Assembly (NCBI RefSeq): GCF_009914755.1
Contig: NC_060928.1
DNA: 64,000 bases
Strand: one strand, 5' to 3'
Origin: the human T2T-CHM13v2.0 reference genome, Homo sapiens
The position numbers and the translations under genes were made by a program. Below, piece after piece: positions 25,004-38,710 of the stretch. The notes under the pieces were generated by a model. The model did no database searches, was not told the DNA's origin, and saw only the letters and a list, made by a program, of their open reading frames with translations. The stretch's first letter is position 1. Every line of letters begins with the position of its first letter.

Positions 25004-28000
25004 CATCTTAGTCACATATTACTCTATATCTACTTATTTCTTTTATCATTAACTTTGAATGAAACTTTATTTAAACATTCCAATTAGATACCAAATGTAC
25101 TGTAAGACATTGAGGGGAAAATTGACTTCTGATTCAGGCTAGGGAAACTCCTTCTGAGAAATTACCATAATACTAGGTATTAAAAGTAAAAGATCACAAA
25201 TGGAGACTGAAGTCAGAGAACTAAATTGTGGCATAAAGTTCAACTAGCATATTTCCCTAATGGATGCTCTGAAGATCCTCTTAGACATTTGTAGCGCTTG
25301 CCTTATGTGATTGTGAAAAAGTTCATTGAAATTCTGGTCCCAGGTAAGATGGAGTAAGAACATTACACGCATTACACGCTGTCTCTTTTATTGAATGCAG
25401 CTATAAAACATGGACAGAATGCATCAACAGGTATTTGAGAACTCTGAAAAGTAAACAGTAGTAGGCAAATTGAGAAAGAAGACCAGAATGCTAAGTGCCA
25501 CTAAATCACCAATAATCTTATCATTTTTTCTCTGATACATCCAGTTTGAGCTCAATGCAGCCCAAACTCAGAAATAGATGTCCTTGCAGTTACATAGAGC
25601 TACAAGAGAAGCCCTCAAGTTTTGGGTTGCAAAATGGGAAGGAGGTCTTCGATGCTCAGAAAGTAGAAGAAATCCCCCTTTGGTGTTTATTTTCTCCTTT
25701 CTCTCCTACATGCCACCTTCCACCCCATCATCAACTAATCCAGGGCTATTCGTGGTGGCAGTGGCAATAACAGTAATAACGATGATAACTGGGTGCATAG
25801 GAGCCTAATGGAGTGAGGAAAATACCTTTTCTTTAAAATCAGAAGTTATTGGACCCCAAAGGGTGAGGTAAGCACTTGTTTATTTCTCTCTTTTCTTGCT
25901 GCAATTAGGCTCAAGAAATGATCACAGTTGCAGGAAGTGCATGACAGAGCTGAAAAATAAAGCCCCATATTTCTGTCTGAACTGAAAAGGGGAGCTCTGG
26001 AGCCAAAAGTTCTGGGGCGATCACAGAGAGGAAGGAGCTAGGAGAGTGACCAGAAAAAGTAGTTATAAACTCAAGGAATACCACAAGATGCACGTGTATG
26101 GCTTTGACACATAATAGCATAATGTCAACTTTGAGAACTGAACTACAAGATAGATCACCCATAACTCAGAATGACTACAGATGTCACACACATAGGCAAA
26201 TCCAAATAATTCTGCAAAGGCACAAGGAATTGACATTAAGACTACAGCTCCTATAAGGCTTGTCAGAACTAGCAATCTGAAACCAGCCATGTCAATTGCC
26301 TGCTAAAACAGAAATATCAACATTCTCCAGAAGACTTACACAAAACTCAGAGAATCATAGTGTAATAGTAAAAATGTCCAGGATATAATCCAAAATTGCA
26401 TGGCATAGGGAGAACTGGGAAAATGTCAATGTGTGTAGAAGAAGATAAACGGATGCCAACACTGAGGTGACACAGATGTTGAGATTATCTAACAATGACT
26501 TCAAAGAAACTATTAGAAAAGTCCTCTGACAGTAAGATCAAATACTGTTAAAATGAAGTGAAAGAGAGAAGTCTCACCAAATAAATAAAATATATAAATA
26601 AGAACCAGAGAATTTTAGAACTGAAAAATAAATTTAATCAGATTTTGAAACTCACTGGATGAGCTTGATAGAAGAATGGAAATGACAGAACAAATAGTTC
26701 ATAAACTTGAAGATAGATTTTAAAATGTACATCAAATCTGAATTATAGGTTGGAAAATGACTTTGTAAAAAAAGAATGACCAGAGTCTTAAGGACTTGTG
26801 GTACAATGCCAAAGAGTTAAAAATTTGTATCGTTGAAGACACAATAGAAGAGGAAAAAGAGAATTATGCTGGAAAAGTATTTAAGAAGAAATAACAACTT
26901 CCAAATTTGGAGAAAAACATAAACCTGTAGATTTAAGGAGTGCAGAAAACCTTAAGCAGAATACACCCAAAGAAATTCAGTGATGTATTATAATCAGACT
27001 CCTTAAAACTAAAAGCAAAGAAAAAAATCATAAAAGAAACCAGAAAAAAATATCAATCACATTACTTATAGGATAGCAATGATTTGAATGACTGCATTTT
27101 TCATAATGAAAAAACAGAAGTGAGAACAATAATGTGGTGAGACAAAAACAAAACAAAACAAAAACCCACCCAGATTTCTCTATCAAGCAAAAATATCCTT
27201 CAGAAATGAGAGTAAAATAAGGACATTAACAAATGAATTAAAACTAAAAGGATTTATTGCAAGCAGACCAGGACTGAAGAAATTGCTAATGAAAGTTCAT
27301 CAGAGAGAGGGAAATGATACAAGAAGGAAACTTGGGGATGGTAAGAAATAAAGGAATTGCAACAGAATGGTAAATAACTGGGTAAATATAATAGGCTATT
27401 TTCCTATTGAATTCTTTTTAATATGTTTGATAGTAGAAAGCAAAAGTTATAACATTCTCTGATATATTTTTCAGGGTATGTAGATGTAACATTAGACAAC
27501 TATATCACAAAGGGGGCTGGGGTAAGGATACCTAAATGATGGCAAGTTTTCTACATTCTACTTCAATTGGTAAACTATTGATTTTAAATTGAGAAAAGTT
27601 ATATACATATTATAATTTCTAGAGAAACCACTAAAATCTTGTACAAAGAAATAAAAAAATAGAGTAAAACAGAATACTTTTTAGGATTTTTATATTTTTA
27701 TATTGGTCAATTAACTCAAAAGAAGGTAAGAAACTAGAATCAGAGGAACAAATAAGAGAGGGAAGAAATACAAATCAAATAATAAAGTGGTAGACCCAAG
27801 TTCAAACATATCAAAAATTACATTCAGCAAAAATGGTCTAAGAGAGCTAATGAAAAACAAAATAAACAGAGATTGTCAGAATTTTTTAATAAAAGAAAAC
27901 CTGATCCAATTGTGTGTTGCCTACAAAAACTTACTTCAAATATGATTATATGGTTAGATTAAAAGTAAAGGAATCAGAAAACTATACTGTACAAATACCA

Positions 28001-28918
28001 ATATAAAGAAAGTAAGAATGGCTATATTGATATCATACAAAATAGACTTTAGAGCAAGTAAAATTACCAGGAAAAAAAGAACATTAAATAATAATAGAAA
28101 ATTAAATTTACCAAGAATACATAATAATTGTAAATATGCACCAAACAACAAAGCTTCAACATGCATAAAACAAATAACAGAACTGAAGGAAGAATTAGAC
28201 AAATTTAGAATTGTACTTGGAGATGTAGTTGGAGACTACATCTAAGACAAGAGTCTTGTCTTAGTTATCAGTAGAAACAACAGATGGAAAATCACCAAGA
28301 ACATAGAAAAACTGAAAAACATTAGCAACCAATTGGATCTATTTGACATTTATAAAACTCATAGCCAACAACATTTTTTTTATTATTCAAGTGTACATGA
28401 AACATTGACCAAGATGGATCTTACCCTGGATGATAAAATAAACTTTAGTAAATACAGAGTGTGTCCTCTGACCACAGTGTAATTAAATTATAAATAGATA
28501 ACAGAAAGCTAACAGGAAAATCTCAAATCTCTTGAATATTAAGTAAGATAATTCTAAATAATTTACAGATCAAAGAGGACATCTCAAAGACAAAAAGAAT
28601 ATTTTCAACATATCAAAATTTGTGAGAGGCAGTTAAAGCAGTGTTTAACTGTACATTTATAGCATTCAATGTTTACACTGGATAAAAAAGAAAGGCTTCA
28701 AGCTAATGAACTTCTATCTTAAGGGAGAAAAGTGAAACAAACTCATATCAAGCAGGAAGAATGAAATAAAAAAGAATAAGTTAATAAAATTGAAAATAAA
28801 AAGATAGAGAAAAAAGAAAACATAAGTTGTTTCTTTATAATAAATTAATAAATTTGATACATCTCAGGCAAAACTGACAAGGAAAGAATAAAGACCCAAA
28901 TTACCAATAAAGAAATGA

Positions 28919-29197
28919 GCCTGTAATCCCAGCACTTTGGGAGGCCGAGTGGGGGTGGATCACCTGAAGTCAGGAGTTCGAGACCAGCCTGGCCAACATG
29001 GCAAAACCCAGTTTCTACTAAAAATACAAATTAGCCGAGTGTGGTGGTGGACACCTGCAATCCCAGCAACTTGGGAGGCTGAGGCAGGAAAATTGCTTGA
29101 ACTGGGGAGGCGGAGATTGCAGTGAGCAGATCGCACCATTGCACTCCAGCCCCAGCAACAGAGTGAGACTCTGTCTCAAAAAAAAAAAAAAAGAAAG
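28919..29197 (+). mobile_element. AluS, slightly 5'-truncated, inserted in L1M ORF2
   Basis: Starts at gcctgtaatcccagc; A-tail; approximate TSD aagaaatga/aagaaataa. Confidence 0.93.
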
Positions 29198-30027
29198 AAA
29201 TAAAACAGGTTATATCACTACAGATTTTGAAGACAATCAAAGCATAGCAAAGGACTACTAAAACAAATCTATGCACATAACATTGAGAATGTAAATAAAA
29301 TGACACAATCCCTTGAAACTGCTAGCTTCCATAACTCACCCAAGTGGAATTAAATAAACTGAATAGCTCTACAACCATTAAGAAATTGATTCATTTTTTT
29401 AAATCTTCCAAAAAGGAAATATCCAGGCCCTAACGGGTTTCCTGGAGAATTTTGCCAAACATTTAAGGAAAAACAAATTTTGCATACTTCCTAATGAAAA
29501 ATAGAAGAGGATAGAATGCTTCCCAACTCATTTTATGAGACCAGCATTTTTCTGATAAAAATAAAGATAATATAAGAAAAAATACAGATCAACACCCCTC
29601 ATTAGCATGAATACAAAAATCCTGAACAAAATATAAGCAAATCAAATTTAGCAATATATAAAAAGAATGCTACACCACAACCTAGTGAAATTTATGCCAG
29701 GAAAGTGAGACAATTTCAGTATTCAAAAAGCAATTGGTATCCACCATATTACAGTCTGAGGAAGAAAAACAACATGGTCATTAATTCATGAGGAAAAAGA
29801 ATTTGACAAACTTTCAGATTAATTTATGATAAAAACTCTTAGCAAACTGGTAACAAAGGAACTTTTACAACTTGGTAAAGAGCATCTGCAAAAAAACTAT
29901 AGCTAACATTATCGTTTGTGGTAAAATATTGAATGCCTTCCCAGTACAGACTCAGAACAAGGGAAGAATTTCTACTCTCACCAGTCATGTTCAATACTAA
30001 ATTGGAAGTCCTAGTTAGTGCAATAAG

Positions 30028-30416
30028 GTGGCACATATATACCATGGAATACTATGCAGCCATAAAATAATGAGTTCATGTCCTTTGCAGGGACATGGAT
30101 GAAGCTGGAAGCATCATATTCAGCAAACTAACACAGGAACAGAAAACCAAATACCTCATGTTCTCTCTCATAAGTGGAAGTTGAACAATGAAAACACACG
30201 GACACAGGGAGGAGAACATCCCACACTGGGGCCTGTTGGGGGCTGGGGGTAAGGGGAGGGAGAGCATTAGGACAAATACCTAACGTATGCAGGGCTTAAA
30301 ACCTAGATGATGGATTGATAGGTGCAGCAAACCACCTTGGCACATGTATACCTCTGTAACAAATCTGTACCTTCTCCACATGTATCCCAGAACGTAAAGT
30401 AAATTTTTAAAAAAAG
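30028..30416 (+). mobile_element. L1PA (PA8-like) 3' end nested in L1M
   Basis: ccatggaatactatgcagccataaaa...gggagagcattaggacaaatacc...aggtgcagcaaaccac; approximate TSD agtgcaataag/agtacaaaag. Confidence 0.9.
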
Positions 30417-31689
30417 TACAAAAGAAAAAAAGAATTAAAAACAAAGATAACTCACTGAGAAAAGAATAGTATTTTCCACAAATGGTGTCAGAAGAATTGT
30501 ATATCAAATGAACAACAACAACAAAATTTCAACCTAAACCTTACACCTTATACAAAAATTAACACATAATGGATTATAGATACAAATGTCAGACATAAAA
30601 CTGATATAAACTTATTTTAGGACAAATATAGAATAAAATTGCGTGACTTAGGGTTAACCAAGAGTACTTATACATGGCACCAAAAGCGTAATCCATCAAA
30701 TTAAAAAAATAGATAAACAGAATTTTATCAAAATTAAAAACTTGGGTAGCAAGTGAGAGACACTATTGAGAGAATGAAAAGATAAGCTCCAGACTAGGAA
30801 AATACTTGCAAATTATATGTCTAGGCTATTATTTTCATTCAGAATATGTAAAGAATTCTCAGACCTCAACAATAAAAGAATCAAACAACCCAATTAAAAA
30901 ATGAGCGAAGGACTTGAAGCAATAGTTCACCAAAAAGCATATATACATGAAATGTAAGCACATTAAAATATGTTTAACATCCAAGACATCCTCAATTGAA
31001 GCAATGTTGAGATACCATTACATACTTAGTATAAAATGTAAAATAGGCTAAAAATAAAAAATATATATACATATATTGGTAATACCAAAGGCTGGTGAGA
31101 ATGCAGAGCAATTAGAACTTTATAAATTGCTGGTGAGAATGCAAAATATTACATCCACTCTGGAAAACAGTTTGGCAGCTTCTTAGAGGATTTCCATATG
31201 ACCCAGCAATTGCATTCCTGGACACTGGCCCAAACTGGCACTGGCCCAACTGGAAACAACCAAGACATCCATCAGTGAGTGAATAGATAAACAAACGGTG
31301 AAACATTCCTACAATGGAACACTACTCTCAATAAACAGAAATGAACCCTTGATACACACAACTTAGATGTCTTCAAAGGCAATATGCTGAGCTAAAGCAG
31401 CTAGTCCTAAAATGGTAAATATTATGTGATTTCATTTATATGATATTCTCAAAAAGTCAAAATACATCACTTGAAGGGGGTTGATTACAAAGGGGTAAAT
31501 GAGGGAATATTTTGTTGTGATGAAACTGTTTTGTATTTTAATTATGTTAATGGTTATATGAAACTATTGTGTAAAAATTCAGACAAATTAAAAATTATAT
31601 TTTTATTGTATTTATTTTGAACAATGTAATTGTTTTAGTATTAAAATTGTATTGGGAATAGTAAAGTTAAAATGTGAAAGAAACTTTGA

Positions 31690-31812
31690 GTTAGAAGGTA
31701 TTCATTCTAGATCAGTCTCTAATAAGTCATCTTCATCAAGAGAATTCATTTTTAATTGCTTTAGTTCCCAATCTATAACATGGATGTTATAATAACTGAC
31801 CCAACTTTCTCT
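31690..31812 (+). mobile_element. MIR fragment
   Basis: tagttcccaatctataacatggatgttataataactgacc. Confidence 0.45.
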
Positions 31813-31813
31813 A

Positions 31814-32000
31814 CAGCAATGGTTCTCAATGTTTTTTGTCTCAGTTTTCATCTATTTTCTTAAAAGTTACTAAAAATGCCAAAGAATTGTTGTTTATGGG
31901 TTATGCCTATCAGTATTTACAATATTAGAAATTAAAACTGAGAACAAATATATTTAATTCAATTTAAATTTAAATTGACAATAATAAACCAATTATATAT
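31814..32000. mobile_element. Charlie1-type hAT terminal fragment
   Basis: caatggttctcaatgttttttgtctcag...ccaaagaattgttgtttatg...attagaaattaaaactgagaa. Confidence 0.75.
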
Positions 32001-32819
32001 GATTCCTTATGTAGAAATCATGAATATATTTTAAGATGGTGTGAATATATTTTAAGACAGTCATAAGCAGAGCTGAAAGTTACTTATTTCCATGTGTATG
32101 AAAACATAAAAAAATTATTGCCCTAGCAAAAACTTAGAATCAACATCTCTTGACTCCAAATCCTGTATTCTGTCACTACGTCATGTTGCTCTCCAAATAA
32201 ATGTCTTGTTAGGGACATTACAAATCCTGTTTATTTCTACCTCCCTTCCCTCTGGACTATATTGGAAAGCATATTAAACAATTCTGGAATCATTAGGTAT
32301 TTTTACAGTCTAAAAATGCTATTCTGATTTAGTTTGCCTTTTTCTCATTTTTCTCTTAATTATTTCTCCTGAATAATGTCTTCCCAAATATTGTCTGAAT
32401 TTTTCTGAATAACAACAGCTGTTCATTCCCAGATTGGCTATGACCCCACACCAGCAATGGCACCAAGCCAATGATCTCTCCATGACAGCATCAAGAAAAT
32501 TAACCTTTTCTGGATTCTGTTCACTGACAGATCCTCTTTATATTTGAACCTACAGGAGATGTTTGCAAGAGCAAAGTTAAATGAAAATATATAACTTCTG
32601 GACTTTTACTTTGGCATATTTAAGAATATTGGCATGTTCCAAATGTCATTAATAAAAAAATGTATCTGGATGTTACTACATAATAAAATTAAGGAGTTTG
32701 AAATGTCTTCAAGGTATTACTCATCCTTTATCCAGTAGCACACTGATGTAAGAATTGCTGCAAACATTACTTACAGAATAAATGAGAAGGAGACTTCATA
32801 AACATCCCAGGTAGCCCAC

Positions 32820-33257
32820 TGTAATAGTTAGCTTTCAATGCATAAAGAACTACTTTAAAATGGTATTTACGTAGCTTCTGATTCTGTGGGCCAGCAATTT
32901 GAGTTAGGCTCAACTGGCTGGTTCTTCTGGGCTTGGCTGGACTTACAAATCTACAGTCAGCTGGGATGGCTCATTTCTGCAACACAAGGTCTTATCTTTC
33001 AGCAAGCTAGCCCACATGTTGGCAAGTCAGAATTCTGAAACAGCAAATGATCAAGACTGTCTTGGGGCCTAAACTTGGAATTCCTGAACTTTCACTTCTG
33101 CCACATTCTATGGGTCAGAGCAAGTAATAAGGCCAGCCCAGATTCTATGGGTAGGGCTGTATTCATCTCTTGATGGGAAGAACTGCTAAGTAACACAGTA
33201 AGGGTATTTTGATAGGAAAGAACATAATATAACCAGTTTTAGAAGCAATTTTCCACA
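32820..33257 (-). mobile_element. MLT1H-like MaLR solo LTR
   Basis: TG...CA ends, TSD cccac/cccat, cacttctgccacattctat...aaggccagcccagattc. Confidence 0.85.
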
Positions 33258-34489
33258 CCCATTTTATAATGAGATCTAAAAATCTACTCCAAGTCAATTT
33301 TCAGCACAAGAAAGAGATTATAAACGTATAAAGATAGAAATAAAACTGTGGAAAATATTAAAATATACAGGAAGGGACACTTTTTGTTGGTGGAGACAGG
33401 GAGAGACAAAAGAGCTGAGTATTAAGGAAAATAAAGTGTACTTTGAGCTTTATTGTGTGGGTATCTAGGGCATAACTAGGGGTAATGGAGAGTGAAATTG
33501 AGAAAATTTGAGCAGAATTCCATAAAAGTTCTAAGAGGAAAAATTATTCCATAGAATCATCTTGCAGACAAAGCAATGTATTGTGCATTGCATAAGCATT
33601 TGAAGAAAGCCTGCAAAAACACACTTTTTAATTCTATAATGAAGAAAATTGCCTTATCATTGCAAGACTGGTGGTTTGTTTAACCTTCTTTCTATACTTA
33701 TCTGCCGATGTCCCTAATTTTCAAAGTATGTTATCCCTTCCCTCTCAATTTTCATAGCCTTTAGATTGGCCCTAACTGGATCATGCCCGTGTGCATCCCA
33801 GTTGGCTATCCTGTTTCTGTCATTTCTCTTTCCTACATGACACTGAAAAGTCAATTCCAAAAGTATCAGCTTGGAATTACACTCTTCTTAAAAATTTGGT
33901 GTTTTATTTAAACCATCATTGTCAGTCAATGAACATTTATTCAGCTCTTGTCATATGCTGGGTGCTGGATACCGGCTAGTTCTGTTATTTAAAATATTAT
34001 CACTTCCCAACTGCACAGTTTCTTTTTAACCAATTTGAAGAAATTTCTCATCTATTATTTAAGTTTCTGTGAATTGGCTAAGCAGATGTTGTTTTCTCCA
34101 TTCTATGTATGTGGAAACTAAGGCACTGTGACTAAGGCCATGTAACAAGTTAATCAATTACCCAGTTCCCCAAATTAAAAAAAAATGAAGATTGCAAGGC
34201 CTAAGAAAGAGATGGTGTATTGAGTTGTTCATTACAAAGAATCAAGTCTTCTAAATTGTCCCTTATTCAAAAAAACACTTGCTTTATGAATACAAATAAT
34301 TTTCCCACGGAAAATGTGCTCTTCTTTCTGGCAGCTTTCCCCTTTTCTCCTCTTCCAAAATGTTCCTCAACATTTACTTCCTCCAGAGAATTTCCCCAGA
34401 GAATTGGCAGCTATAAAAATACTTTATATTTAAGATTGCATTTTAAAATTTAAAATATAGAATGTATTTGATCTATGCTTGGTGGGTTC

Positions 34490-34640
34490 AGTGGCCATTT
34501 TTATCCTATTTTGATGAAGTATCTAATATGATTACAAGAGGTTAAAGAATTCTCCAGGTTCACAGCTAGCTGAAGAGCCAATATTATGACTGAAGAATCA
34601 GGGAATTCCCTTCTACAATTCACTGGCTCTAATCAGTCAT
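34490..34640 (-). mobile_element. MIR fragment
   Basis: atcctattttgatgaag...agaggttaaagaattctccaggttcacagcta. Confidence 0.55.
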
Positions 34641-34737
34641 CACAGTTTCTCCTTAGTGCCTGTGAATGTTGCTAACTCTAATGGCACATTCTTCCTCTTT
34701 AAATGTCTTTTTATTGGAGCCATGTTCTCTCATCCCA

Positions 34738-35127
34738 TGTTATAAACTGAATTGTGCCCCCAACTCGCAAAATCCTATGTTGAATCCCAACCTCCAATAC
34801 TTCAGAATGTAACTGTATTTCAAGATAAGCTCTTTAAGATGTGATTAAATTAAGGTTGCTAGGATGGGGCCATAATCAATATGATCAGCGTCCTGACAAG
34901 AAGAAAGAGAAACACGAGGGAAATGCACGCAGAGAGAAAAGGCCATGTGAAGACACAGGGAGAAGATGGCCATCTTCAAGCTAAGGAGAGAAGTCTCCGG
35001 AGAAACCAAACCTGCAAACACCTTGATCTTGGACTTCCAACCTCCAGAACTTGAGACAATTCATTTCTGTTGTTTAAGCCACCCAGTCTGTGGAATTTTG
35101 TTGTAACAGCACTAGCAGACTAATACA
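34738..35127 (+). mobile_element. MLT1B MaLR solo LTR
   Basis: tgttataaactgaattgtgcccc...ggccatgtgaagacacagggagaagatggccatc...ttaagccacccagtctgtgg...ctaataca. Confidence 0.9.
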
Positions 35128-35438
35128 CCTCTTAAACCCTATGCTGCAGTCAGGCTTCCTACACCTTCAATATTATTATGCTACTGTTGTTCCAACAAGA
35201 CTATTCTCATTTCCTGGTAGTTTTTGTCTCAGTATAAAAGTTTTCACACTCTGGGGTTTTACAGGATTTCAGAAATAAGAAAGAAAACACATATAAGCCT
35301 TGGCCACATTATTCTTCCTTCAAGATAAATCCATCAAATGATCTCTGCACTAAAACAAATGTTAACGATTTTCAGGAAAGGAAATGGAAAAAAAAAAAAA
35401 GAAGGAAATTCGATCACACTAGTGTTATTTTATATTAC

Positions 35439-35630
35439 CTCCCTGTGGCTTAAGTCTCTCAGGTTCCCAATGATAACATCGAAGGAGTGAGTTCTTGCAA
35501 TATTTAAATGCTTATCCAGAGCTAGAAAAGTGTTGATGTAGAGTTCTGCATCTGCCGTGACCACAATAACAATGTCTGTTGTTAAAATAGAATGTGTTCC
35601 TTCCATCTTATGTGTCTTTTCTTTTTCATC
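35439..35630 (-). other. candidate 192-nt in-frame (phase 0-0) exon
   Basis: ttacttgcttccag|GAT...GAG|gtaata; open frame DEKEKTHK...LRDLSHRE. Confidence 0.25.
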
Positions 35631-37254
35631 CTGGAAGCAAGTAATTCCAAAACTAGAAACAGGCAGAATTTCCATGGCAAAATGCTAAGACATGCTTGGT
35701 TCTTTTTGGTTCTCCTGTTTTCTACCAGTGTCTTTATTGTTTCCTGATCACTTTTGAAGTGAAGCAGTGACTTCTTTTTCCAGCCTTTGGAGGACTTGGT
35801 CATTCTTTTAGAAGAATGCATTTTTGAAATGCAGGGAACAGATGAGACATGGTGTAATGGTTCTTACCACATCAGAGCTCTGGCAAAGAATTTAGAGGGG
35901 TAAATAACTCAAATCAATGCCATCACACCTGTCAGATTTCCGGGCAACTGATGTGCCAAATATTTGACAGAATGGCAATGAATGAACAATGAGAATGTTT
36001 AGAAAACATTTAAAAAACTGCTTTATTCTGAGATCTGCTCAGCACACAGACAAAACACAACTTGATAGATTAGAGCCATAGTCTAGAAAATAGAAAATCA
36101 CACAGCTATTCTTCTTCAGGCAAATTTTAGCACAATGGATAGAGGAACAGGTGAATTCTTTTTTAAGAACCTATGAGATTCTTGGCCTGGCCAGGGCTAC
36201 CTACGCTTCTGGTCTGGTGGGCTGCTTGGCTGTGGGTCTTGGCTGGTCAGGAGAACTGCAAGGAAACAAGAATCACTTCACAGGGCTGGATCCACTTGAA
36301 TGCTCTTTGGAATTAACTTCATGGCAAGTAGCCAAAATAAAAGCTGCCTCCCTTCTTTACAAGAAACAACCTTCTCAGGTTACACTAGAATTGAAATGGC
36401 CCCCTAGCCTGAGTAGGAACCAGGACCAAAGATGGTCCACTGAAAGATCTGGAATCAAATCCCAGGTCTCCCCAAGGATCAAATCTGACTCTAAGCCTGG
36501 GAGGCAGAGGTGGTAGGGGTGAAGACTATCCCTCGATCTAGGCCAAAATTGGAAAAAAATCTTTCATCAAGAATCCTTCCTAAAATATCTACAGAAATTT
36601 GTTTTCCTGTGCTATGTTGCCTTTAAGGCCCAGAATACTACATATTTGTCAGTTTAATTCACTTCTTTTGCCCTTCATGGTTAACATGTGAAAGGTAACA
36701 GATAAGAGGGGATAGCACACCCTGAACCTGAAATCTAACATTCTTTCCACTCTATGGACCTCATTAATATGGAGAAGACCATGGTGTCAGAAGGAGGATT
36801 ATGATCTGAAGGGGAGGAAAACATGAAGCTGTCCTCCCTGCCTTAAAGCTTCAAAGTGCATATAAATAATTCAAAATGTAGATTATTAACTTGTTCATAA
36901 AGTTAACTTTGGCTAGAAATTCAGCATGCCAGGATAAATGAAAAAAAAAAATTTCTCAAAGAGACTTAGAAAACATGGAAAACAGAGTTCTGTTTCCAGA
37001 TTTCTTTTTAGGAAATAATTTTTAAGTCTTTGTAGGTAGTTTTTAATAATAAAAATAATTATTGCTCCCTATATATTAAAAAATGAGACATTACAAAAGG
37101 ATATAAAGTAGAACATATAATACTCTCTTCTCCCTGCTCAGTCCTCCTCCTCTGAATCCAATTCCCTAGGATAAAAACTGCTAACAGTCTGATGTATAGC
37201 ACTGTACAACTGTCTCTATGAATTTACACATCTACATCCCATACCAAGTCAAAT

Positions 37255-37461
37255 TATAGTAATTCAGGTATTATATACTTGAAAATCTCTAAAAGTGTAG
37301 ATTTTACTCACCATAAAAAAAGATATGCCCTCATGACACAAAAATAATATGTGAGATAATGCATGTGCAAATTAGCTCAACTTGGTCACTCTGAAATATA
37401 CACATATTTCAAAACAACATGGTGAACACTATATGTATATATTTATTTGTCAATTAAGAAA
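37255..37461 (+). mobile_element. L1MA 3' end
   Basis: tatacttgaaaatctctaaaagtgtagatttt...tatgtgagataatgcatgtg-aattagctc...atttgtcaatt. Confidence 0.8.
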
Positions 37462-38319
37462 ATGGTATATAGTAAAAATGTATCCATTCTTTTCTTTAGG
37501 ACTTCTAGATTTTATGTCAGGCTTGTAAAAGCTCCCTTAAGCCAAGATTTTCATGTTATCAGTTGCATCTCATCCCAATACATCTATGATTGTATTTTTT
37601 TTAAACATCTAAACCTTTAATTATCTGAAATTTATTCTGGTGTTAAGTTTGAGGTAGATATCCAACTCCAATTTTTTGAATGACTATATAACTATTCAAA
37701 ACATCAGTGATTGAATAATTATCATTTCCCCACTGATTTGAAATGCCATTTTCATCATACAGTGAATTCCAATAAATATTTTAATTTATTGATTCATTAT
37801 TTTGTAGCATTGGATTATCTTTTCTCTTACTGGTAGATTATTTTAATTACTGTAGCTTTATAAAAACAATTTAAAATCTGATATGAATATTTCCTCCTGA
37901 TTATTCTTCCATACACCATTTTCCATATAAGTCTCAGATATTTATAGATCTAGATAAAATGTATGAAGTTTTTAAAAAAGCTATGTTGTGATTCACATTG
38001 AGATTTAATTTACTGTATAGACTAATGATTTATATCATTACAGCATTGAGTCTTTCTGTACAATAAAGATTGTCTCTCCCGTTTAAAGATACAATTCTCA
38101 CACTTATGTTTTATCATTTTTAAGAATAGGTGCTGTGTATTTATTTTTTTGTATATTTCTATGAGTTTTTGTTATTTCTTTGGAATATTTTCATTCAGTC
38201 ATCTTTTCTGATTATTAACTTTTGCAGGTTAATATTTAACTTGTACCCAACTAAATTTAAAAAATACAAAATCTGTTGTGTTTTTTCCCTCCAGATATGC
38301 ACTTGTAACATAATCTGTA

Positions 38320-38710
38320 AATAAGCTACCACCCTTGAATGTTAACTCCATGAGGGCAGCCAGTTCATCTTTGCATGGCAGTACAGTCTTCCCTGGGAAT
38401 ACACAGGGGATTGGTTGCAGGACCGCCTGTATACACCAAAATCCACTCATGCTCAAGTCCTGAAGTTAGCCTGTTGAACCTGCCTATAGGAAACGTTGGC
38501 CATCCGTATTCACAGGTTTTGCATGCCTGAATATTGTATTTTCCATCGTTGTTTGGTTGAAAAAAATGTGTGTATAAGCGGGCCCATGAGGTTCAAATCC
38601 ATGTCGTTCAAGAGTCAACTGTATCTAATAATTACCATTGTATATAATACCTTAATATATGACTGGCATTGACAGGCCCTCAATCAATGTTTGTGGAATA
38701 AGTGGATAAA
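38320..38710 (+). mobile_element. L2 3' end interrupted by MER8
   Basis: gaatgttaactccatgagggcag ... ggccctcaatcaatgtttgtggaataagtgga. Confidence 0.7.
38384..38621 (+). mobile_element. MER8 (Tigger-family MITE), complete
   Basis: ta|cagtcttccct...ggggattggttgcaggacc...ttcaagagtcaactg|ta; TA duplication; 238 bp. Confidence 0.9.

Larger units (their letters stand above)
25331..31625 (+). mobile_element. near-full-length old L1M (L1MD-like): 5'UTR, ORF1, ORF2, 3'UTR, decayed
   Basis: ORF1-like 26.4-27.35 kb; endonuclease remnant (ORF 28018-28245 AILISYKIDF...IYAPNN-like); RT remnants (pnsfyetsi-like 29520); L1MD-type 3'UTR 31380-31600. Confidence 0.85.

Noticed and set aside
32021-32057. 16-bp duplication (also 11-bp at ~21736 and 9-bp at ~25361)
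   Set aside because: Ordinary short slippage duplications
36151-36516. 121-aa ORF in non-repeat DNA
   Set aside because: GTG start, no recognisable domain, no convincing splice signals
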